A model generated the notes under the pieces. That model had not been told where the DNA came from. It saw only the letters and a program-made list of their open reading frames with translations, and searched no databases. A stretch of DNA of 25,630 bases, taken from NCBI GenBank assembly GCA_030690925.1, contig JAUYFO010000092.1, positions 1-25,630 of the forward strand. Direction: 5' to 3'. Origin of the DNA: Candidatus Moraniibacteriota bacterium. Lineage in GTDB: Bacteria > Patescibacteriota > Minisyncoccia > Moranbacterales > UBA1568. Positions 7,541 through 14,553 of the stretch are shown one piece after another. The stretch's first letter is position 1; each line of letters begins with the position of its first letter. Both the position numbers and the translations under genes were made by a program.

Positions 7541-7943
7541 TGGTGGAGTTGATGGGAATTGCACCCATGTCCAGAGAAGTTTTTCCAAAATAATCTACAA
7601 GCGTAGTCAACCTTGTATACGGGTGGGAGGTAGAAGGAAAACAAAACCCTCACACAAGTTCCTCTTTTGCAATACGATTAGGAAGTAAAAGAAAAAGAAA
7701 TTCTTCCGTCACGTCTCGATAATATGACACCAGCCTCTCCCTACCGAGAATCAGGATGCTGATGGCGACGCCAGTAATTAGGCGAGCGCAAGACTGTAAG
7801 AAGGGGCAAAAGCTTGCGCCAGTGCGTTCTTGGTCTTTGTGATGAAGTTTGCATTTATCATCGTGAGAGCGATATTTACGACCGTGCCCTCAAGGTCGGC
7901 TTGCATATTTTGAAAGTACAGCCTGTCGAGTCTCAACAACCCC
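7541..7943 (-). ncRNA. ssrA: tmRNA (ssrA), about 403 nt
   Basis: 5' GGGGTTG...CTCGAC pairs with 3' CAACTCC-ACCA including the G3.U alanine identity pair. T-arm-like GGACATGGGTGCAATTCCCATC. Internal tag frame 7852-7778 (ANFITKTKNALAQAFAPSYSLALA*). Adjacent to smpB. Confidence 0.95.
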
Positions 7944-8038
7944 CAGCCGCAACAACTTCACTTCCGTTGTTTGTTACGCTTGGTGACCGTCTAACACTGC
8001 TTCGTTTTTTGTAAACTTCTTTTTGTTGCGGAAATTTC

Positions 8039-8087
8039 AAAGCCCAAATTACAAATACCAAACAATTTTCAAAGGGGCTTTGTTTGA
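8039..8087. repeat. Second copy of the A/C-rich repeat motif, in a hairpin context
   Basis: CAAATTACAAATACCAAACAA (8045-8065) matches the reverse complement of the 3409-3443 arm at 18/21 positions. AAAGCCC/GGGCTTT can close a hairpin. Confidence 0.5.
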
Positions 8088-8097
8088 TCACTGTGTT

Positions 8098-8541
8098 TTA
8101 GGTCTTCATCGCTCGGCGAATCCTTCTTTGGGCTTCACGTTTGCCAATGTCGGCTCGCCGGTCGTATTCTTTTTTTCCCTTACCAACAGCAAACAGGAGC
8201 TTCACAAGTTGCTTCTTAGTATACAACCGAATCGGCACTAATGTCAAGCCTTCTGTGCGTGATTTTCCGATGAGAGAGCGGATTTCTCGCTTGCGAAGGA
8301 GGAGCTTTCGTGGTCTGGTAGCATCGTGGCTGGTATCACGGTGAGCTTGGGCGTAGCGGGGGATGAGGGCATTGGTCAGGTAGAGCTCGCTTCCTTTGAC
8401 GGTGACGAAAGCTCCTTTCAGGCTGGCATGGCCAGTTTTGACCGATTTGACCTCGGCTCCGGTCAATACTAAACCGGCCTCGTACTGGTCGGCGAGGGTA
8501 TAATCGAACGAAGCTCGTTTGTTGGTAGCTATGGTAGTCAT
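8098..8541 (-). CDS. smpB: SsrA-binding protein SmpB
   Basis: NKRASFDY...EAGLVLTGAEVKSVK...RKLLLRKREI...KGKKEYDRR. Confidence 0.98.
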   Translation of the reverse strand: MTTIATNKRASFDYTLADQYEAGLVLTGAEVKSVKTGHASLKGAFVTVKGSELYLTNALIPRYAQAHRDTSHDATRPRKLLLRKREIRSLIGKSRTEGLTLVPIRLYTKKQLVKLLFAVGKGKKEYDRRADIGKREAQRRIRRAMKT

Positions 8542-8595
8542 ATAGCCTCACTTTCCCACATTTGGCTCAAATAAGCAAGCTTCTGGACGTTTCTA

Positions 8596-8624
8596 TTGAC
8601 TTTTTACTTTAAAAGGTGTATAAT
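8596..8624 (+). promoter_or_regulatory. Near-consensus sigma70 promoter upstream of trhO
   Basis: TTGACT (8596-8601), 17-nt spacer, TATAAT (8619-8624). Confidence 0.8.
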
Positions 8625-8776
8625 GATATGTTGCAAGTAAAAATTCGCAATTACCTCCTTTCCCGGTGGTTTTTTTCTTTTTTCCTTAAATCACGAAATG
8701 AACGGTCGTGTACTTGATGAGATACAATAGTAACACTTCACTTTTTGGTTGGTTTCAGATACCATGAGATGAGCTT

Positions 8777-9814
8777 ATGATTGATACTCCCCATCAATTA
8801 CGCAACCACCTTTCCAAAGCCGAAGCACGGAAGCTTCTGGCAGTAGAACCGTTTTCGCGGCGGGTGATTTCTTTTTATCGCTACGTGATTCTTTCTGATC
8901 CGAAGCAATTGCGCGATGAGTTATTCGCCGAGTGGGTGAAGCTCGGTATCTTGGGGCGCATCTATGTGGCCAAGGAAGGCATCAATGCCCAGATGAGTGT
9001 GCCGGAACCGAACTTTGAAGCATTTCAAAAACTTTTGTATAAGTGCACAGCGTTCCATGGCGTGCCATTCAAGGTGGGAGTAGAACAAGAAGACGATGCT
9101 TTTTGGAAATTGACTATCAAGGTGAAGCGGCAGATTGTAGCCGATGGGTTGCAACCGGGGGACTATGATGTCACCAATGTTGGCGCCCACCTCTCGGCCC
9201 GAGAATTTAACGATATGCTAAAACGGCCGGAGACAGTGGTGGTGGATATGCGTAACAATTACGAATCGGTTATTGGGCATTTCGAAGGTGCTATTTGTCC
9301 ACCCGCCTATACCTTCAAAGAAGAGTTGCCATTGGTGAAAGAAGCACTGAAAGGTCAGGAGGACAAAGAAGTGCTGCTCTACTGCACCGGTGGGATTCGT
9401 TGCGAAAAAGCTAGTTCCTACCTGAAACACCATGGTTTCCAGAACGTTTACCAGCTTCATGGGGGAATTATTGACTACAAGCACCAGATACAGCGCGAGG
9501 GACTGCCATCGCAGTTCAAGGGCAAGAACTTTGTTTTTGATAATCGCCTGGGCGAGCGCATTACTGATGATGTACTAGCCAAGTGTTACCAGTGTGACAG
9601 CACGTGTGATGACTATACCAACTGCGAGAATGTGGAATGCAACCTGCTCTTCATCCAGTGTGCGGCATGCAAAGAAACATTCGCTGGTTGCTGTGGAGTC
9701 GAGTGCCAGGCCATTGCTGAGCTACCAGAAACCGAGCAGTTAAAACTGCGCAAAGGGAAAGTGCTTCCAAAAAACGCTGAAGCCTTCAAAAAGAAAGTTG
9801 CCGTGACGTGCTAA
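8777..9814 (+). CDS. trhO: tRNA U34 hydroxylase TrhO (YceA/UPF0176 rhodanese-domain family)
   Basis: ISFYRY, GRIYVAKEGINAQ, VVDMRNNYE, YCTGGIRCEKAS, YQLHGGIIDY, FKGKNFVFDNRL and a Cys-rich C-terminus are UPF0176 signatures. Confidence 0.9.
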   Translation: MIDTPHQLRNHLSKAEARKLLAVEPFSRRVISFYRYVILSDPKQLRDELFAEWVKLGILGRIYVAKEGINAQMSVPEPNFEAFQKLLYKCTAFHGVPFKVGVEQEDDAFWKLTIKVKRQIVADGLQPGDYDVTNVGAHLSAREFNDMLKRPETVVVDMRNNYESVIGHFEGAICPPAYTFKEELPLVKEALKGQEDKEVLLYCTGGIRCEKASSYLKHHGFQNVYQLHGGIIDYKHQIQREGLPSQFKGKNFVFDNRLGERITDDVLAKCYQCDSTCDDYTNCENVECNLLFIQCAACKETFAGCCGVECQAIAELPETEQLKLRKGKVLPKNAEAFKKKVAVTC

Positions 9815-9945
9815 GGGCGGATGAAGAATTATCCCAAGCGGACACCTTTACAGGAATCCGTTTTTGTTGTATAAAGAGCAGTCGCCCCTAAGAAAGGCGT
9901 CTTAGCCAGTTCATTAACTACCAACCCGTCTCGAAGGGAGACATC

Positions 9946-10605
9946 ATGACCAAAACCATTTTTTCCCATATTTTCGCCATCCTGTTGGCCGGCTTCCTTA
10001 CTGCCTGCGGTGGCGGTGGGGGAGGTGAAACATCGGTGCCGCTGGCAACAGCCGTTGAGGTGAAAGAATCATTCGACCAGGCGCCGCAGATGCTCCAGAA
10101 CTACTTCGCTCAATCAGCAAGGGAAAGGGGGCTTGTCGAGATGGAATATCTCCAGGATGATGATTTCAAGGACCCGTGGCACCTTGTTATCCACTATAAG
10201 GGGGAAGTCATCTACGACAAAATCTTGTGGGCCATTTATCAGGTGCATGGCATAACATCCGACGGAACAGATGTCATTGTCGTGACTGAGTACGAATCGC
10301 CTGGTTCATGGTCAGGTGTATCGGTGGTATTTGTCAACGGTGAGATCATCCCGTTGCTACAGTCGCTTCCTGTAAACTTCGGTCAGCGCGGAGATTCCCC
10401 GGCCGCCGTACGTGAAATCCGCGAGTACCAAGATGGATGGTTCATCATTTACGCGACGCTCCGGGCTCGCGGCGACTATGACGCTCGCCGTTGGGCGATG
10501 TATCACCCAGGGTCGAAGGAATTCGTGGATTGTGGTGAACTCAACTCAAACCGGGATCCCACCAGCTGGGGGCCGAGTGCATCACCTCTTTGCGTATTGC
10601 GTTAA
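9946..10605 (+). CDS. Hypothetical lipoprotein
   Basis: Signal peptide ending in lipobox FLTA-C, followed by a GGGGGG linker. SD-like GGGAG upstream. Confidence 0.7.
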   Translation: MTKTIFSHIFAILLAGFLTACGGGGGGETSVPLATAVEVKESFDQAPQMLQNYFAQSARERGLVEMEYLQDDDFKDPWHLVIHYKGEVIYDKILWAIYQVHGITSDGTDVIVVTEYESPGSWSGVSVVFVNGEIIPLLQSLPVNFGQRGDSPAAVREIREYQDGWFIIYATLRARGDYDARRWAMYHPGSKEFVDCGELNSNRDPTSWGPSASPLCVLR

Positions 10606-10625
10606 GCCGACAGTCGAACTTTATT

Positions 10626-10668
10626 ACCGAGCCTTCCTATAGTTAGGTGCTCGGTTTTTTTCTTTTTT
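10626..10668 (+). terminator. Intrinsic terminator after the lipoprotein gene
   Basis: ACCGAGC/GCTCGGT stem followed by a long T tract. Confidence 0.7.
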
Positions 10669-10758
10669 ACTACTCAGTATCAAGTGGACGGTCGCCTCTT
10701 TGATGCTGTGAATATCAGAGACTTCCCTTCTTGGCTTGGTTCGGCTATGATAGAAAAC

Positions 10759-12477
10759 ATGAGGGAGGTACTAGAGAAGAAAATAAAGGAAGCAGTTGAG
10801 GCATTGCAACAGGGAGGTGTGTTGCCTGATTTTACTGTGCCCTCCATTCAGGTGGAACGGCCCAAGGATGAACAGTTTGGGGAATACACGACTAACGCGG
10901 CCCTTGTTTTGGCGAAACTGGCTAAGCAGAGCCCGATGGAGATTGCCGAGCTTTTGAAAGGCCGACTCTTCGACTTAGCTCAGAGTGAAAACAGCAGTTT
11001 TCAAAAAATAGAAGTGGTGGCTCCTGGTCATATCAACTTCTATCTTCCTTCGAGTTATTTCCAAGGCGTTGTTTCTACGGTATTACAGAAACAGTACCCG
11101 CAATTTCCTGTCTCTTTGGTAAATGAGAAAGTGATGGTCGAGTACTCGCAGCCGAACACTCACAAAGAATTCCATATCGGGCATCTGCGCAATGTGTTTA
11201 TCGGCAGTACGCTTGTGAATGTCTTGCGCAAAGCAGGGGATGAAGTAATCGCTGCCAACTATATCGGAGATACCGGTACACATATTGCCAAATGTTTGTG
11301 GGGACTGGTGACTTTTCATGGGGATGAGAATTTGGATCTTGTCGAAAATAAGACTGAGTTTTTGGGGAAAGTGTATTCGGAGGCGACTCAGAAAATTGCA
11401 GAGAATCTGGAATATGAAAAGGCCTTCAGGGCTGTTCAGAAGAAGTTTGATAGTGGCGATACGGCGTTGTTAGATTTATGGAAGAAAACCAAAAGCTGGT
11501 CTATGGATGAGTTTGAGAAAATCTATACTGAACTGGGAGTTTCTTTTGATGAATATTTTTTCGAGAGTATCGAAGAAGAGTCTGGCAAGCAATTATTGCC
11601 TGAACTTTTGGAAAAGGGAGTAGTAGAAAAGAGTGAAGGGGCGGTTATCGCCAATCTCGAGCAATACGGTCTCGGAGTATTGGTGTTGGTCCGCAAGGAC
11701 GGTGGCATTCTGTATGGATTAAAAGATATTCCGTTGGCAAAAAAGAAATTCGAAAAATTTGACCTTGATCGGAGTATCTATGTGGTTGATGTCAGACAGA
11801 GTTTGTACCTCAGGCAACTGTTTAAAATACTGGAGTTGTACGGATTCCATAAGAAGATGGTCCACTGTGGCTATGAATTTGTGGCATTAAAGGGTGGTGA
11901 GAGTATGTCTTCCCGCAAGGGAAATGTTATTCCAGCCCAGGTGCTCATCGATGAAACAATCGCTCAAGTGACTGCTCAGTTTCCCGAATCACCGAATCCC
12001 GAGAAGATTGCGCTGGGCGCGATAAAGTTTGCCATGCTGAAACATGGTGCTGGTAGCAAAATAGAGTTTGATATAGATGAATCAGTCCGCTTGGATGGGG
12101 CGACCGGCCCTTATGTTCAGTACGCCCATGCGCGTATTGTGAACATCCTTGCCAAAGCAAAAGAAAAAAATATATCTTTTGAAAATGAGCCTGTAGAAGA
12201 CAGGGTGTTTGAAGAGAAAGAGAAGGATTTGATACGGGAAGTATCCAAGTTTCCAGAGTTACTGCTTGAGGTGCGTGAAGGCTATGAGGTACATAAGTTG
12301 GCGCATTACGTGTTGCATCTCGCCGATCGTTTCCATTCTTTCTATAACGATTGTGTCGTCGTAGATGAAAAGAAAACGCAATTATCCAGTGAGCGGCTAA
12401 AATTGGTTTCTGCGGTACAGAAAGTATTGGCTGAGACACTGGCGCTCATGGGGATCAGCGCTCCGGAGAAGATGTGA
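10759..12477 (+). CDS. argS: Arginine--tRNA ligase
   Basis: FGEYTTNAA, PGHINF, VEYSQPNTHKEFHIGHLRN (HIGH), MSSRKGN, GPYVQYAHARI. ATG 10759 (MREVLEKK) preferred; 10747 is possible. Confidence 0.97.
   Translation: MREVLEKKIKEAVEALQQGGVLPDFTVPSIQVERPKDEQFGEYTTNAALVLAKLAKQSPMEIAELLKGRLFDLAQSENSSFQKIEVVAPGHINFYLPSSYFQGVVSTVLQKQYPQFPVSLVNEKVMVEYSQPNTHKEFHIGHLRNVFIGSTLVNVLRKAGDEVIAANYIGDTGTHIAKCLWGLVTFHGDENLDLVENKTEFLGKVYSEATQKIAENLEYEKAFRAVQKKFDSGDTALLDLWKKTKSWSMDEFEKIYTELGVSFDEYFFESIEEESGKQLLPELLEKGVVEKSEGAVIANLEQYGLGVLVLVRKDGGILYGLKDIPLAKKKFEKFDLDRSIYVVDVRQSLYLRQLFKILELYGFHKKMVHCGYEFVALKGGESMSSRKGNVIPAQVLIDETIAQVTAQFPESPNPEKIALGAIKFAMLKHGAGSKIEFDIDESVRLDGATGPYVQYAHARIVNILAKAKEKNISFENEPVEDRVFEEKEKDLIREVSKFPELLLEVREGYEVHKLAHYVLHLADRFHSFYNDCVVVDEKKTQLSSERLKLVSAVQKVLAETLALMGISAPEKM
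10968..10987 (-). repeat. REP-like motif inside the argS coding sequence
   Basis: CTTCGACTTAGCTCAGAGTG. Its reverse complement matches the intergenic copy at 12498-12517 at 16/20 positions. Confidence 0.5.
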
Positions 12478-12497
12478 TTTTTCGATAATCGAAAAAT

Positions 12498-12517
12498 CAC
12501 CCTGAGCGTAGTCGAGG
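12498..12517 (+). repeat. REP-like intergenic motif CACCCTGAGCGTAGTCGAGG
   Basis: Located just after the argS stop. Related copy at 10968-10987 in the opposite orientation. Confidence 0.55.
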
Positions 12518-12529
12518 GGTCTTTGTAAA

Positions 12530-12697
12530 ATGAAAACAAAAATGATTCATCGGTTGCCAAAAAAATATAAAGAGAAATACAAGAAGAAGCGCGGTTGGGA
12601 CCAAGAAGTATTGGCTTTCGCTGTGAAAGTAGTTGGTTCTACGGCCCTTTTGTTTCTGGTCGCGGGCGGTATTGATGTGTATCATATGATTCAGTAG
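12530..12697 (+). CDS. Putative 55-aa single-pass membrane protein
   Basis: MKTKMIHRLPKKYKEKYKKKRGWDQEVLAFAVKVVGSTALLFLVAGGIDVYHMIQ*: Lys-rich N-terminus and one TM helix. Stop lies 4 nt before the next ATG. Not in the ORF track. Confidence 0.6.
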   Translation: MKTKMIHRLPKKYKEKYKKKRGWDQEVLAFAVKVVGSTALLFLVAGGIDVYHMIQ

Positions 12698-12701
12698 CAG
12701 T

Positions 12702-13283
12702 ATGAAGCAAATCACTTTTTTTTTGGTACGGCACGGCGAAGCGGAAAATAACGTCCGCCATATTCTGAATTCAGCTCCGGTGAAGCAAGAGTATCCGCTC
12801 ACGGAACATGGAAAAGAACAGGCAACTAGGACTGCCAAGCAGCTGGCAACAGCGGGGGCTGATGTTCTTTTTAGTTCGCCCATCCTGCGGGCCAAGGAAA
12901 CGGCTGAGAGTATCGCGGCAGCAACCGGATTGCCGATCCAGTTTGATAATCGTTTGTGGGAAGTGGGGATGGGGAGATTCAATAACCATATCCAGCAAGA
13001 GCTCTTGGACAAGTATCCCGATCCCGAGATGCGGCTCTCTCCGGATGTAGCAGATGGGATGGAAAGTTTTCTAGAGGTGCGCAGTCGCTTGGATGATTTT
13101 TTGGGTGAAGTAAAAGAGAAGTATCTCGGAAAAAAAGTGATTATCGTGTCGCATGGTGACCCGCTGGAACAGCTCCATGGTATTCTGACACAGGAAGGGC
13201 CAGGCCGAGCAGCCGCTGGCTGGTATCCGGAAAAAGGCTCATGTACGGAAGTAGTCTGGGCAATCAAGGGGGAGTCAGTATAA
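12702..13283 (+). CDS. Histidine phosphatase (phosphoglycerate mutase-like) family protein
   Basis: LVRHGEAENN (RHG), SSPILRAKETA, LWEVGMG, IVSHGD. Confidence 0.9.
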   Translation: MKQITFFLVRHGEAENNVRHILNSAPVKQEYPLTEHGKEQATRTAKQLATAGADVLFSSPILRAKETAESIAAATGLPIQFDNRLWEVGMGRFNNHIQQELLDKYPDPEMRLSPDVADGMESFLEVRSRLDDFLGEVKEKYLGKKVIIVSHGDPLEQLHGILTQEGPGRAAAGWYPEKGSCTEVVWAIKGESV

Positions 13284-13321
13284 TAAGGGTTCCTTTTCTT
13301 TTTTCTCTGTAAAAAGCCCCA

Positions 13322-13330
13322 TGGTATGAT
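13322..13330 (+). promoter_or_regulatory. Extended -10 promoter element for the PAS-sigma gene
   Basis: TG-G-TATGAT, 23 nt upstream of ATG 13354. No clear -35. Confidence 0.4.
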
Positions 13331-13353
13331 GGAGGCAGACTGGTAACCGCCCT

Positions 13354-14442
13354 ATGAAATCACTCTCACTCAAAGATACGCTCGATCACCTCCCTGGGAG
13401 CTTGTTTATTACGGATCGGGAGTCACGGGTCCTCTACGCCAGTGCTGCCTTGGAGCAGCGTACGGGTTTCTCGGTAGCGGAAATCGTCGGCAAGAAACCA
13501 GGACAACTGTGGGGTGGAAAAATGGAAAAAACCTTCTATCGTGAGCTGTGGCAGACTATCGGTACGGAACGCCGGGCCTTTGTAGGACTGGTGAACAACC
13601 GCAAGAAAAGCGGCGCTCGTCGTGACGAACATATCTTTATTGTCCCTATTTGCAATCGCCTGGGAGAGACGGAGTATTTCGCCGAAATTCATCCGGATTT
13701 GGCCGGAAGAACAGCGGAAGAGGCTTTTGGGCGGGAGTTTCTTCGGCGGACAGAAACCATGATACAGGATCGGGACTTTTTCACATGGATTATTGAGAGT
13801 CTGCAGAAAAAAAAAGATGGTACGTTGGTCAGGTTGGATCAGTCTCTCTGGTACGGAGGTTTCCACGATGCCGCTCAATTTTTCCGGGAAACCCTGGTCA
13901 CACCGATGGAACAGGTATTTGCACGGCGCAAGGATGACGCTCTGCTCATAACCCATGCCCAAGAGAACCCGGAGAAGTTTGCGGCACTCTACCAGAAATA
14001 TGTGGTTTCGATAGGGGCGTATTTCTCCCGTCGGCTACACGGAGATAGTGCAGTGGCAGAGGATCTTACCCAGGAGGTCTTTGTCCGAGCGTTTCGTTAT
14101 CTTCCTGGTTTCCGCATGACCAATGCTTCCTACTACACCTACCTGCTTCGTTTGGCTCACAACATTTTAGTCAACCACTTTCGTACCCTACATCGCCAGG
14201 TCATGTCGTATCAGCATGATGGGGAGATGGAGAATTTCGTGGCCAAGAGCGATCACTCGGGGGAGGATGATATGGTGACTTTGCTCAAAACATTGGGGGA
14301 GAAAGAGAAGGCCATCATGCTTCTCAAGTATCGTGATGGGCTGAAGGCGAAGGAAATTGCTGCCCTGGTGGGCAAGAGTGAAAATGCGGTCAAGCTGATC
14401 CTGTCCCGAACGCGCAAGAGACTGAAAAAGAACCTTCAGTAA
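13354..14442 (+). CDS. PAS domain-ECF sigma-70 factor fusion protein
   Basis: Residues ~7-115 form a PAS/PAC domain (ITD...LYA...TGFS..EIVGK...YRELW...NNRKKSG...IVPI.N..GET.YF). Residues ~194-277 are sigma region 2 (DDALL...FAALYQKY...AEDLTQEVFVRAF...YLLRLAHNILVNHFR). Residues ~306-362 are sigma region 4 (LGEKEKAIMLLKYRDGLKAKEIAALVGKSENAVKLILSRTRKRL). One uninterrupted frame. Confidence 0.9.
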   Translation: MKSLSLKDTLDHLPGSLFITDRESRVLYASAALEQRTGFSVAEIVGKKPGQLWGGKMEKTFYRELWQTIGTERRAFVGLVNNRKKSGARRDEHIFIVPICNRLGETEYFAEIHPDLAGRTAEEAFGREFLRRTETMIQDRDFFTWIIESLQKKKDGTLVRLDQSLWYGGFHDAAQFFRETLVTPMEQVFARRKDDALLITHAQENPEKFAALYQKYVVSIGAYFSRRLHGDSAVAEDLTQEVFVRAFRYLPGFRMTNASYYTYLLRLAHNILVNHFRTLHRQVMSYQHDGEMENFVAKSDHSGEDDMVTLLKTLGEKEKAIMLLKYRDGLKAKEIAALVGKSENAVKLILSRTRKRLKKNLQ

Positions 14443-14553
14443 GGGAAAAATCTTGGAACAAAGAGTAATGGGTGGCACATGACACCTTTTTTGTTTTGTG
14501 GTGTTTAATACAGTGCAGCCTGCAGAATAATTCGCCAATTATTGAGGGTCTCT

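Noticed and set aside
7525-7545. tmRNA 3' end as a prophage or island attachment site
   Set aside because: No integrase and no duplicated 3' end in the window; infC follows directly.
7541-7575. tRNA-like 3' arm ending in CCA
   Set aside because: It is the tRNA-like domain of tmRNA; its 5' partner is 400 nt away and there is no anticodon arm.
6394-7593. Long + strand ORFs 6394-6894, 6443-6787 and 6940-7593
   Set aside because: Antisense shadows of rplT, rpmI and infC with no recognisable motifs.
8628-8729. 33-codon ORF in the trhO leader
   Set aside because: Its ATG lies only 3 nt after the -10 box, at or upstream of the expected TSS, with no SD and no recognisable product.
12497-13267. 256-aa minus-strand ORF
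   Set aside because: Antisense to the histidine phosphatase and the sORF, both better supported.
14443-14553. NrdR or FNR boxes upstream of nrdD
   Set aside because: No acceptable match to acaCwAtATaTwGtg or TTGAT-N4-ATCAA; only short hairpins (ACACC/GGTGT, TGCAG/CTGCA).
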